This document shows, one piece after another, positions 40,100-51,795 of a DNA stretch of 64,000 bases. The DNA is taken from the NCBI RefSeq assembly GCF_018350175.1, contig NC_058368.1:153080001-153144000 (forward strand), given 5' to 3'. The notes below the pieces were generated by a model that made no database searches, was not told the origin of the DNA, and was given only the letters and a program-made list of their open reading frames with translations. This DNA comes from Felis catus. Lineage: Eukaryota. The position numbers were made by a program, and so were the translations under genes. Each line of letters starts with the position of its first letter. The stretch's first letter is position 1.

Positions 40100-40320
40100 T
40101 TAAGAGCAGAAAGTTGATTGGCTCAGCTCAACTTTTAGAGCAGAGGCACCAAGTTATAAGTCAAGGGCAAGCCAGAGGAATGACTGTCTTTGGATCAGGT
40201 ATCCATCCCAAAGCTAGTCATCTGTGGCTGGGGTGTGGGGATAGAGGTACATGGCACATGGGCTCACCTTTTCAGGAAGGCTTGAGCAACGTGGGCAGTT
40301 GCAGAGCCTGTCTATTGCAC
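40100..40320. mobile_element. Probable old MaLR (MLT1-type) LTR fragment
   Basis: GATTGGCTCAGC...GGATCAGGTATCCATCCC...CATCTGTGGCTGGGG resembles MLT1J/K/L. Confidence 0.4.
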
Positions 40321-40743
40321 TTACACTCACAAACTTTATTCCTTCCTGGGTTTTTCAGATGCAGCAGGACTAAATATCTAACCTCCCATCTACACCCACC
40401 TCAGCTCTGATACTCCCATCTCATTTCACACTACCAGTCTGCAGATGTGTTGTGTCCGTTCTCATGTTATTTGCTAGCTCTCTGCTCTTCTACAGTCAGA
40501 AAGCTCATGTTGCTAATCCCAGGCTTCTACATGTGACAGATATCTGTTTCTCTTTTTTTGCTTCCTGCCACTTTTCTTTCTGTTTGGCTCTTCAGGCTAC
40601 TGTGACCACCTGTACTACGAAATCTCTGAGAATGATTCTCCTTGGGATTACATAGGCCCTTGGCTTGGCTGCCAAAGAGATGTAAAGATTAGTTAAATTG
40701 TTAATTACATTCAGCTACTTTATGTTCCACTAGTGTGCTACAG

Positions 40744-40908
40744 GAGTGCTTCTCTAACTTTCAATGTGCACATGAAACACCTGGGGATCTTGTTAAAATG
40801 CAGTTGCCTTGGGAGCTGTCATCGGGTTTGAGACTCTGCATTTTTAACAAGCTCCTGGGTCATGCTGCTGCCCATGCTGTTAAAAGAATGATACTTGCAG
40901 TAGAAGGC
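40744..40908. mobile_element. MER5-type hAT-Charlie DNA transposon relic
   Basis: AACACCTGGGGATCTTGTTAAAATGCAG...GAGACTCTGCATTTTTAACAAGCTCC. Confidence 0.8.
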
Positions 40909-41131
40909 TAGATTGTGAAGTGCTGTGTCCTTACTATAAATGCAGCCTTCTGTATAGGAAGCACTATGCCCAGGTGTCTTTGTATGCTCTTCCATGTTCA
41001 GCAGTGTGCCTCGTATGTGACGTAATTCAAATGTTGCTTGGGTCATTGAACTAGGCACACATGAAATGCAGGGTTTTCTATGCCTACTTTTTTTTTTTTA
41101 AGTGAGTGTTTTTTTAAAAAAAAAAAGTGCT

Positions 41132-41727
41132 ACTGCTAAGAATTTACCCAAGGGATACAGGAGTACTGATGCATAGGGCCACTTGTACCCCAATGTTTAT
41201 AGCAGCACTCTCAACAATAGCCAAATTATGGAAAGAGCCTAAATGTCCATCAACTGATAAATGGATAAAGAAATTGTGGCTTATATACACAATGGAGTAC
41301 CACAGGGCAATGAGAAAGAATGAAATATGGCCCTTTGTAGCAACGTGGATGGAACTGGAGAGTGTGATGCTAAGTGAAATAAGCCATACAGAGAAAGACA
41401 GATACCATATGGTTTCACTCTTATGTGGATCCTGAGAAACTTAACAGAAACCCATGAGGGAGGGGAAGGGAAAAAAAAAATAGAGGTTAGAGTGGGAGAG
41501 AGCCAAAGCATAAGAGACTCTTAAAAACTGAGAACAAACTGAGGGTTGATGGGGGGTGGGAGGGAGGGGAGGGTGGGTGATGGGTATTGAGGAGGGCACC
41601 TTTTGGGATGAACACTGGGTGTTGTTTGGAAACCATTTTGACAATAAATTTCATATATTGAAAAAAAAATAAATATTTATTTACTGAATTTAAAATAAAT
41701 GTTAATCTAACAGAGGGCAAAAAAAAA
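41132..41727 (+). mobile_element. 5'-truncated young L1 (ORF2 end plus 3'UTR) with apparent 3' transduction
   Basis: Peptide IYPRDTGVLMHRATCTPMFIAAL...SLLCGS; TSD (A)nGTGCTA at about 41118-41132 and 41719-41733. Confidence 0.93.
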
Positions 41728-43036
41728 GTGCTAAAAATCAGTTACATCAATAAACATTTCTTTAGGATCTGATTATGCAATAAACATTTCTTAAGGCGAA
41801 ATATAAGGAGAATATTACAGTTCCTGTCCTCAAGGAAAACACTGGTGTGTTTACCACTAACTCTAATATATTTTTACTGGAATTGTGGAAATGATTTTAG
41901 AATTGTAGGGGTAGCAGTTAAGGTAAATGAGCCTGTTTATGCTGCTAGCAATTTGACCTTCTGTAATTTAGAAGTCATTTTTCTATACATACAGTGAGGT
42001 TAGTGGAGTTATTGGGATGTTTATGTGTGATAATGTATATAATAAATGTCGTCACTTAATAAATGATCACTCCTGTTTTATGAGTAATGATGGTGGAATT
42101 AAGAATAATAGCAGTAATATTTAAGATAGTTTTTATTATCCAGCTAATTCACTCTAGGAAAATACTTTGTCCCTCCCTTTTCTCTCCAAGTCCATATATT
42201 ACCCTAATGTGCGATTTCACTTTGTAGGACTTATCTGCAGTTTAATCTTAATATTGTTCTTGTTTAAAGTTTAAACTTCAAGGAACATGCATTTTAAGAA
42301 TTCAGTAGATTTCCCTTGGTACAAAACTGCTCTAGGCACTACCATAGGAAGATAGAAAGAAAAAGAAACATGTTTTTCTACACTGCAGCTGGTTAAACCC
42401 AAACTGTTATTTTTCCCTTCACTCTGATGTCAAAAAATTAATGTGCTTAAAGTGTTTCTCTATACCTCTCTTGCCATGTTGGATGGGACAGAAAATACAT
42501 ACGTATACACAAATTTACATGCATATATACATAAATTCACAAGTGAATAAAAAATGTGTTAAATAATATCATCTTTGGAAAGAAAGTAAATGGGATATGC
42601 AGTGAAAGGAATATTGAAATCACAAGTATTGGCTTAGATCTTATTTATAAATGATAAGCATCCACATAATGAATAACATCTGTATTCTTCAACTAAGGCC
42701 AATAAACAGATATATTGTACTTCCCACTCAAAATAGAAACCAGCTTGCAATAAATGAACAGTTTTTCATTCATCATACACTCAATCAATTTCTAGAATAA
42801 AACTGACAGACCATCTTCTTTATCCCCACATAAAGTAGAGTATCACCATGAGCTTCCATGAAGAAAAAGTTGGTCAGGGCAACAAATGTAGCTGTTGATA
42901 TAGTTGCAACTGTTAAAGAAGTCTTCAGGAGACTTACCTTGTGAGAGGTTGGCACATGAGCCTCTGAATCATAAGTGTTACCAGCATCTTACTGAGAAGA
43001 AGTACTTACAAAGAAGACCTTAGAAACAAACATTTA

Positions 43037-43380
43037 GAGTTGACCCTTGAACAACACAGTTTGAAAAGCACGGGTCCCCTCATATGCCACTTTTTAAAAT
43101 AAGCACAGTATATACTGTAAAAGTATTTTCTCTTCCTTTTGATTTTCTCTTCCTTATGGTTTTCTTTTCTCTAAGAGCTTACTTTATTCAAACAGTACAA
43201 TATAGAATACATACAACATACGAAATGTGTGTCAGTTGCTGTTTATGCTATCAGTAAGGCTTCCAGTCAGCAGTAGGCTGTCAGTAGGTACGTTTTGGGG
43301 GAGTCAATAGTTATACATGGATTTTTGACTGGAACAGGGGGTCAGTGCCTCTAATGCCTGCATTGTTCAAGTATCAGCGA
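43037..43380. mobile_element. Tigger2a/MER8-like TcMar MITE
   Basis: Terminal inverted repeats (C/G)AGTTGACCCTTGAACAA ... TTGTTCAAGTATCAGCG with TA flank. Confidence 0.82.
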
Positions 43381-43672
43381 TATTATTCTTCCATTACCTA
43401 GTTCTTTTTTCATTACCTATGTGACCCAGATGTAACCCAGATAGCAGCTCCCTGGATTTCTTGATGTCCTCCAGTATACCAAGGTCAACTTGTTGTTTAA
43501 AATACAATTTAAATGAACTCAAATCACAGCCTCACATACAAGAAGTTCCCAGCATCCCTCCCAGTATTTTTAGCAGTTTTACTTGGAGCTTACATCTCTC
43601 CTGGACTCCTTTGCTTCTGAGTTCCTTCTCATGTTGATTTCATACAGGAAAAAAGAAACTGAAATACCCCAG

Positions 43673-43675
<3 letters not shown>

Positions 43676-43742
<67 letters not shown>

Positions 43743-43803
43743 CAAAATATATATACATATATAAACATATATAAATATAAACATATATATACAAATATAA
43801 ACA

Positions 43804-43834
<31 letters not shown>

Positions 43835-43835
43835 T
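43676..43835. repeat. Compound (TA)n(TG)n microsatellite and degenerate TA tract
   Basis: Seen directly. Confidence 0.95.
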
Positions 43836-44635
43836 TTTTTTTTTTTTACATCAAGTTGGGTAATGCAAGTGAAAACACTTCAAGAGGTACAAAGTGCTAT
43901 CTAGGGGAGGTAATAATCTTCCTAAATGAGATAGTGACATAAAGCATCGTGAATGTTCTAAGAGCAGACCAGAAGGGAAAAACTGAAGATAATGAAATAG
44001 CATCTGCTTGTTTCATCTGGCTGAAAATACAATAAAGGGTGAAGCGCTGACTAGATTTTGAAGTCAATTAGATTGTCTGTGGGTTATAATAAGAAAGGAA
44101 ATTTACCCATGGAAGTTTAAAAGGGAATGAACAGCCAAAGTGAGTCATGTGATTGCAAGAATCCAGAAGAGTATTCCACACCAAAAGAGAGAAGGGTTGC
44201 CAGAATACTTTGAAGCAGGGTGAGGCAGTAATTACAAGGAACACATTTTCCTTACCGTTTTAAAGACAACAGATCCACATGGCCTTTGTCTCATTTTCTG
44301 GTGACTGCCAGATCTGCTCTTGAAGCAGTAGCTGCCAGGGCACTAATCAGCTGCTTCCACAGCTCTCGTGTGTGCCTGGCTCTCAGTCTCATTACTTACG
44401 TTACATTCAGTTTTCCCAAGAATTTGTTCCCAGCCTCCTTTCAGAAACTATTTCTAACATGGTATTCACTGTTTCCTAACTCTGCATATCACTCTCATGT
44501 AGTGTAATCCTCAAACTACCTGGATATACTGTATCTCTTAATCGATTGGACTGAAAGAAATTTGGGTAGGTGAGGTTCATTTGTTGTTGCTGTTGTTTTA
44601 AGGGCAGAATATACTTCATTTATCTTAGGCACTTT

Positions 44636-44852
44636 TTTAAAAAAAATTTTTTTTTCAATGTTTATTCTTGAGAGAGAGAGAGAGAAAGCAGGGGAGGGGC
44701 AGAGAGAGAAAGGAAGACACAGAATCTGAAATAGGCTCCAGGCTCTGAGTTGTCTGCACAGAGCCCAATGCAGGGCTCGAACCCACAAATAGCGAGATCA
44801 TGACCTGAGCTGAAGTCAGACGCTTAACTGACTGAGCCACCCAGGTGCCCCC
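44636..44852 (-). mobile_element. Can-SINE
   Basis: TSD ATCTTAGGCACTTT at 44622 and 44853. Confidence 0.95.
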
Positions 44853-46569
44853 ATCTTAGGCACTTTGCATTATATGTCAGAAGCTTTATTCTATAGCACT
44901 AGAAATCCCTTTTTGAAAATGTGGAATGACATAGCTCGTTCCACCTACTTCCATGGACAGGGTCACAGAAGTGTGGAGTCCCTGACTGCTGTCTGCACTA
45001 GTGGCTTACCTTTTTAGCCCTATCTCATTTGCAAGTGTCTCATTTGATAGCGTTATAGAAGAGATGTCTGGCTCCCTAGACCCAAAGAAAGGTGATATGT
45101 ACATAAGGCAGATTGTTGGGGAGAGACCAACATGGAGTCACAGCTACACAGAAGTGGGCACAGGCAGGGCCGTGCAGTCCAGCGGTGCCGAAGTAGCCAA
45201 GAAGGCAGGAAGTGCTGCGACAGGACTAGGCATGCTGTGGAGCCAAAGCCCTCCTCATCAATGATCTGGCCCCATTTTGCCCATGCGGAAGACAAACTTA
45301 GGGCGCTCTCAGCAGCCCAGCACTCATGAGAGGCCATGATTTGTGTGCCTCTGAAGAATATGGAGCAATTGGGTCACTTCAGCATTGGTTAATTTTCCTG
45401 CCCCCTTTTCTGAAAGAACAGGCCAGCTTGGCCAAGGCATCATACAAGCAGGGAGAATTGCAAAGGAGATTTTTAAGAGCTGTGGTGCATAGAGAATTCC
45501 CTTCTCTGCCCAAGACCCACTGCAGACTTGCCTAGTGTCTTATAACTTCGTAGGGGTCCACTCTGCCTCTTTTAACCAGGATAGTGTGCCATTCTTTGGG
45601 GTTCTGGTTTCAAAGGTTGTCTTCTAAAGGAAAGGCGAGTTTTTCAGAAGGCACTTCAAGTAGAGATGTGACAACCAAATGTGGTCAGCCGCTGGGAAAT
45701 GCAGATGTTGAAGAGTCAAACCTATGCTATAGCACTTGGTGCAAAATGTTTATTTCTGCTCGAGCAGCTCACAATAGCTTCAGTAACCCCATTTTACAGA
45801 CTGAAGTTGAATTATGATGACATTTTTCAAGGTAGAGTGAAAGCAGTGAAGTCTGTATGAGTTCCTTTGTCAGTATCTGTATTTGTCTAAACAACTTTAG
45901 GCTGGTCTCTGGCAGTGAATCCATAATTCAGGTGAAAACAATTGTTTAAAGCCAATGTATGTAAAATGAGTAGCCAACACGACTACTATTTTTAGTGCAG
46001 AAATATATTCAAGATCAAAGCCATTGGTGTTTGCCTGTTGTATTTAATCATACGCCTTTTACCTGGAAGACACAGGTCTTGTGGCATAAAGATGAGTGTG
46101 CAGGGAATGATTCAGGCTTTGTGCGTCCAAATTAAATTCTAAAAGCCAGGATATTCATCATTCTGACATCTCTTTGCAGATGCAGAATGTGTATTGAAAT
46201 ATCTCTTGAAATGTGTCTTGTTTACTTAAGGAATACATTTACCAGATCATGTTAATTAGAAATAATACCTGAGTAAGGTCTTTAATAATGTATCTCTTTT
46301 TAAATATAAAATGGAGGCACTATTTTTCCCAGTTGCAAGAATGGCTGTTTCTCCTGATTTTCCTATACTTTAGATTTTGAGGTGTCCTTCTGACTAGTTT
46401 ATGTTTTTTTCAGAGTTTTGAGTTTTCTTGAGAATCCATTATTTTTGGCTATATGTAATCTAGGTTTGTAGATATTATGTATTAAAAATGGAGAAGTCGG
46501 AAAAAGATATTTGAAATGAGGCACTCCATACTATTAAGATTTCTTATAATTGAAAGTATTATAGTATTA

Positions 46570-46764
46570 TTTTTTTAAAGGTTTATTTATTTTTGAGAGA
46601 GAGAGCACAAGCAGGGGAGGGGCAGAGAGAGAGGGGGACAGAAGATCTGAAATGGGCTTTCACTAACAGCAGTGAGCCCAATGCAGGACTCAAACCCACA
46701 AATTGGGAGATAACGACCTGAGCCGAAGTGGGACACTCAACCAACTAAGCCACCCAGAAGCCCC
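46570..46764 (-). mobile_element. Can-SINE
   Basis: TSD AGTATTAT. Confidence 0.92.
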
Positions 46765-46929
46765 AGTATTATGTTGTAAGAGGTATGTTCTTTACAATAC
46801 CTCAAAAGCGCAGTTTTAGATATTGAGAACATATTTTTAGCCGTCCTCCATTTTGACATTTTTTTGTGAGAGATTTGATGTAAAGAGCAAAAGGATTTTA
46901 TGACCAATGAGTAAAAATTTCCAGTTAAA

Positions 46930-47070
46930 GCGGTGCCTAAGTGGCTCAATTGGTTGAGTATCTGACTTCTGCTGTCAGTGCGGAGCCTGCTTTGGATCCT
47001 CTGTCCCCCTCCCTCTCTGCCCCTCCCCCACTTGCTCTGTCTCTCTCAAAATAATTACACTTAAAAAAAA
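46930..47070 (+). mobile_element. Internally deleted Can-SINE
   Basis: Jumps from TCTGACTTC to TGCTGTCAG, so the B-box region is missing; TSD AAAAATTTCCAGKTA. Confidence 0.85.
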
Positions 47071-47347
47071 TTTCCAGGTACATCTCAGAAACCATTTCCC
47101 ATGGAATCTCAATGTTACAAAATAAGTAGTGAAAGCTTACCTTGGACCTCATTGATCTAAGTAAACTCCAGAATCATAAATACAATTGTGTAGTAGAACT
47201 TCTAAGTGGAAAGTTGTCATCATTTTCAAGAGAATTAATGGCTCTTGGAGGTATGTATAACTTAGAAATGACAAAACTGTCATTCACTCAAAAAACAAGA
47301 TTATAGAAATGACAGAATGAACCCTAGGAATCCTCAAACTTGCGTTT

Positions 47348-47560
47348 ATTTTTTTTAAATTTTTTTTAACGTTTATTTATTTTTGAGACAGAGCATGAAT
47401 GAGGGAGGGACAGAGAGAGAGGGAAACACAGAATCGAAAGCAGGCTCCAGGCTCCGAGCCATAAGCCCAGAGCCCGACACAGGGCTCGAACTCACGGACT
47501 GCGAGATCGTGACCTGAGTTGAAGTCGGACGCTTAACCGACTGAGCCACCCAGGCACCCC
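47348..47560 (-). mobile_element. Can-SINE (fairly young)
   Basis: TSD AAACTTGCGTTTA. Confidence 0.95.
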
Positions 47561-47587
47561 AAACTTGCGTTTAAATAATGCCTCCTT

Positions 47588-47820
47588 GGGGTGCCTGGGT
47601 GGCTCAGTTGATTGGGCCACTGACTTCATTCAGCTCAGGTCATGATCTTGCAGCCTGTGAGTCCAAGCCCCACGTTGGGCTCTGTGCTGACAGCTCAGAG
47701 CCTGGAGACTGTTTTGGATACTGTGTCTCCCTCTTTCTCTGCCCTTCCCCCATTTGCACTATGTCTCTCAAAAATAAATAAAAACATTTAAAATTTTCTA
47801 AAAACAAAACCAAAAAAACA
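47588..47820 (+). mobile_element. Can-SINE
   Basis: TSD AATGCCTYCTT. Confidence 0.93.
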
Positions 47821-48170
47821 ATGCCTTCTTTTATGAGGTCCTCAATAAGACCTTGGTCTCCATAGGCCAATAAGACAGAGCTAGAAAAGTGAATGTGAGT
47901 TTCTCAAATTTATTTTGCCATAACCTTTGTTGAAGTTTTCTGAGCACCTCAGGATATGCGTATTCCACAGAACCTACTTTGTGAAGCAGTGGGCTGGATT
48001 TAATCGGGTAGCCTGTACTCAAACCAAGCTTCAATTTGGCAAATCAAAAATTTGCTTTTGCCAACATTTAGATACAAAGAGCTAGTATAAAGTGATGATG
48101 TAACCCATTCTGAATTTAGAAACGTGTTTATTGAAGTTGTCTGAGTTGTCTTGTCTCTTCTGTCCTCCAG

Positions 48171-48328
48171 GTGTTTCATCCCAAACATCTATGCGGCTCT
48201 CTTCACTGGGGCTCTTGTTCCTTTAACGTGCCTTGTGGTAGTGTTTGTGGTGTTCATCCATGCCTACCAGGTGAAGCCACAGTGGAAAGCATATGACGAC
48301 ATCTTCAGAGGAAGAACAAATGCTGCAG
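48171..48328 (+). CDS. ADGRV1: ADGRV1 (GPR98/VLGR1) internal coding exon, 158 nt, near the 3' end of the gene (probably exon 86 in human numbering); encodes end of ECL2, TM5 and ICL3
   Basis: Translates to (L)[52 protein letters not shown](E), matching my recollection of the ADGRV1 7TM segment. Polypyrimidine tract and acceptor TTGTCTCTTCTGTCCTCCAG|G at 48151-48171 (phase 2); donor GCAG|GTTTGA at 48328/48329 (phase 1). Exon number is from memory. Confidence 0.95.
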
Positions 48329-48588
48329 GTTTGAAAGGAACCCTTTTCCCTTTTTGTACTTTTGAGATGGGAACTTTTTAATGGTGGGAAAATGTCACTG
48401 AATAATGTTTACCAAAAAAAAAAAAAATGGAGAAAAGTTAGACTCAGCTTCTAGCACTGAAGCCATAGGTTAAGCTATGGCTCTCCAGTTTCACCTGCTT
48501 CTTGGCACTTCCTGACATGTCTCTTTCTTCAGGGTGCCATAGGTTTTATCGCTGGTTCCAGTTTTGTCCTTAAGATACTCGTGTTCAA

Positions 48589-48807
48589 GGGGCTCCTGAG
48601 TGACTGTCGGCTAAGTGTCCGACTTCAGCTCAGGTCATGATCTCACAGTTCGTGGGTTTGAGCCCTACATCAAGCTCTGTGCTGACAGCTTAGAGCCCGG
48701 AGCCTGCTTCAGATTCTGTGTCTTCCTCTCTCTGCCCCACCCACTTGTGCACTCTCTCCCTGTCAGTCTCAAAAATACATATATAAATGTAAAAAAAAAG
48801 TTAAAAA
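48589..48807 (+). mobile_element. Can-SINE
   Basis: Flanked by AAGATACTYRTGTTCMAG copies. Confidence 0.93.
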
Positions 48808-48824
48808 AAGATACTTATGTTCCA

Positions 48825-49281
48825 GGAGCGTTTGGGTGGCTCAGTCAGTTAAGGGACCAACTCTTGGTTTCAGCTCTGGTCATGATCTTACAGCTTGTGA
48901 GATCAACGCCCGCGTTGGGCTCTGTGCTGGCAGCATGGAACCTGCTAGGGATTTTCTCTCTCCCACTCTTTCTGTTCCTCCCCTGCTTGTGCTCTCTTTC
49001 TCTCTCCCTCTCTCAAAATAAATAAACATTTTTTTTTAATTTTTTTTTTCAACGTTTATTCATTTTTGGGACAGAGAGAGACAGAGCATGAACGGGGGAG
49101 GGGCAGAGGGAGAGGGAGACACAGAATCGGAAACAGGCTCCAGGCTCCGAGCCATCAGCCCAGAGCCCGACGCGGGGCTCGAACTCACGGACCGCGAGAT
49201 CGTGACCTGGCTGAAGTCGGACGCTTAACCAACTGCGCCACCCAGGCGCCCCTAAATAAACATTTTTAAAAATTTTTTAAA
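48825..49281 (+). mobile_element. Can-SINE (older subtype), tail interrupted by a young antisense SINE
   Basis: Head GGAGCGTTTGGGTGGCTCAG; tail resumes after 49252. Confidence 0.9.
49033..49252 (-). mobile_element. Very young Can-SINE (SINEC_Fc)
   Basis: TSD TAAATAAACATTTT; about 6 differences from the 38793 copy by eye. Confidence 0.97.
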
Positions 49282-51261
49282 AAGATACTCATGTTCAAGT
49301 CAATGCCTCACAGCCTTGGGAACTGCTTCCCCGGGCTTTCTTCAAGCCAAGCAAGAACAGCCTGTGTTCAACCTGTGAAATCTATTCATTTCTTTCAGCT
49401 TCTGAGCCTTCATCACAGACAGCCCTCCCTAATGCTCATGAGTGCTGTATTTTGCTTGTGGGGTTTTGATTGTGCTGACAGATGTTTAAAAACATATGTG
49501 ATGGGATAGCTTCATAACTGGCTACACATGTCTGGTTACTTAAGAGCGCAAGTCTTTCCAGCGCAAGTTGGCTTTCGCTGCAGCTCATTTTTTCCCTTTG
49601 AATCATACTTAACACAGGTTTTTATGACCTGATTCTTTTTTGTTGTTGTTGTTGTTAGATTAGAGTCTCTTAGGAATTTTCTTAACTAGGAACAGTAACC
49701 ATACACCTTCATAGAGAAAATTCCCTCTAAATTGGTGTCAATGATGGGGATATTGGAGAGAATCTTGTGATCTGGGGATGGGGGACCCCTCTTAGGCCAA
49801 TGAAAAAGTCTCCTCTTTTCTGAATTTTTACAGATCTAAAGCCAAATGAGTAAGAGGAATTCTTCACATTTTAAGTGCTTTCCAAAGTTTAAGCAATTAC
49901 CACATACAAAGTCCCTTGAATAGTATCTAATACATTATTATCAGCTCAACAGAAATTGTCACAGGATGAGAAAAGGAGACCCTCTAATGTATGAAGAGAC
50001 TTCTAGTTCCTGAAATGGATGAGGGAACACATGAAAAGATTTCCTCATGATATAAAGAGAAGGAACTTCTTGATGTTAGTTTGTGAGGTAGTTTGTAGGG
50101 TAGCTGTTTCTAGCCAGCTCTTGTCTCCCCTTTCCCATTTAGCATGCAGTCATTGTGTGGGCTGAAATTTTATATAACGTTATGATTAATCTTAACTTTT
50201 TAATAGAAGAAGTAGTATTCAATGTAGAAATCCTACTTTTTCATGGGGCATAGGATTTATCCAGAAACTGTGCTTTTTTTCAACTTGGGATTCATTTTAG
50301 TAAAGTTAATATTCTCTCCAGAACAGAAAGTTTGTTTTCTTTTCCCAAATGATAAGATTTGTTTTGTTTTCTATATGATATAAAAGTGCTAGTGTTTGCA
50401 TGTTTTCAACAGTGATAACATAAGGGCCTCACCTAATGAGTTAATTCTTTTTCATGGCTAACTACCTTTTGGACATGATCCATCATGGATACAGTAGATA
50501 ATAATACTCCAATTATCTGAAAAACATAGCCCTCAAGCATTAAACATAATGCTAAAAGCTTCAGCATACTTGTTTCTCAACTAGGGAAACCTCTCGTGCA
50601 ATGAAATATTAATAGAAGCATTGTTCTGTTGTAGCTTTTCAAATAAAAATACTATTATAATTCTAATTCCCCTATTCCCATGTCAATTCAGTCTAATAGT
50701 CATTATTTCACACTTGGACTCATACAGTATTTTCCTGACTGGCCACTAGTTGTAGTCTTTTTCTTCCCTATCTCGTCTTCTCAGATGTGTATATTTCAGA
50801 ACTGTAAAGTAGGTTCCCTGACTCCAGCATTACAGTCACTTGTTGTTCTCTCTCGTTGCCTGAGAGAAGTCCAGTCTCTTTAGCCTACAATACAGGAGTT
50901 CCTAGAGTCCACGCACCAGGCCATCTTTTCATCCCCAAGTTACTTAATATTTATCCTGCCTTCTGACCATCCCATGTATTTTCTCTTTCCTAAAATTACC
51001 TGATACTGTCATCTTTGGTCATGTAAGGAGACCTCTGCTCTGCACTCTTCATCAATAGCTGACAAAACCCATGTGTTTAGTAAGTAATATGAGAAAATGT
51101 GGATGAGAGAGAGGTGGAAGACATTTATTATCCTCCCATAATCTTCATTAGCTCCCTAAAACTGTCCAAAATAAACCCATCATTTCAGTAAAAATAGTAT
51201 GCTAGATAAGCACAAGTGAATTCCCCTAGACCCTCCCTTCCAAGAAGGTACTACTAAGTTT

Positions 51262-51480
51262 GAGGTGCCTGGGTGGCGTAATCAGTTAAGCATCTGACTT
51301 CCGCTCAGGTCATGATCTCAACAGTTCGTGATTTCATAGCTCACAGTTCGTGACATTGCAGAGCCTTCTTGGGATCCTCTCTCCCCCTCTCTCTCTGCCC
51401 CTCCCCCACACACTCTGTCATTCTCTCTGTCTCTCTCTCTCTCTCTCTCAAAAATGAATAAACTTAAAAAAATTTTTTTC
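51262..51480 (+). mobile_element. Can-SINE, internally rearranged
   Basis: ACAGTTCGTGA is duplicated and the B-box segment is lost. Confidence 0.88.
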
Positions 51481-51484
51481 TAAA

Positions 51485-51795
51485 AGTTCCCAACATGCTA
51501 CCTCTTCTCCGAAGCCTTTGCAGTTGCCTCTTCACAGAACCACATCAAATAAGAATTGCTCCTTTCCCCATCTCTGCCTTTAAAGCTCGTTGTCCCTATA
51601 GCCATTATAGCACTTATCATAGAATGCGATGGTGACTTCTTTTGGTGTGTGTGGTTGATTTCCTTAATAAATGATGAATTCCTGGAGGGCAAAGACCATT
51701 TATTATTCATCTCTATCTGTATCAGCACAGTCTTGTAAATTGCTCAGTAGATAGCAGGAGCATAGTTAATATTTGTTGACTAAATGAATAAATTA
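51485..51795 (+). mobile_element. L2 3' end
   Basis: TTCCTGGAGGGCAAAGACCAT...TTCATCTCTATCT...AATATTTGTTGACTAAATGAAT. Confidence 0.75.

Noticed and set aside
43579..43904. YIYI/CVCV-rich ORFs
   Set aside because: Translations of (TA)n/(TG)n microsatellite.
45001..45817. Cluster of 65-94 aa ORFs as extra exons or a retrogene
   Set aside because: No similarity to ADGRV1 or any protein I recognise; no poly(A) or TSD; lengths are compatible with chance.
48151..48381. 76-aa ORF as a stand-alone gene
   Set aside because: It is the ADGRV1 exon plus intronic flanks: TTG start in the polypyrimidine tract and canonical AG/GT at 48170 and 48329.
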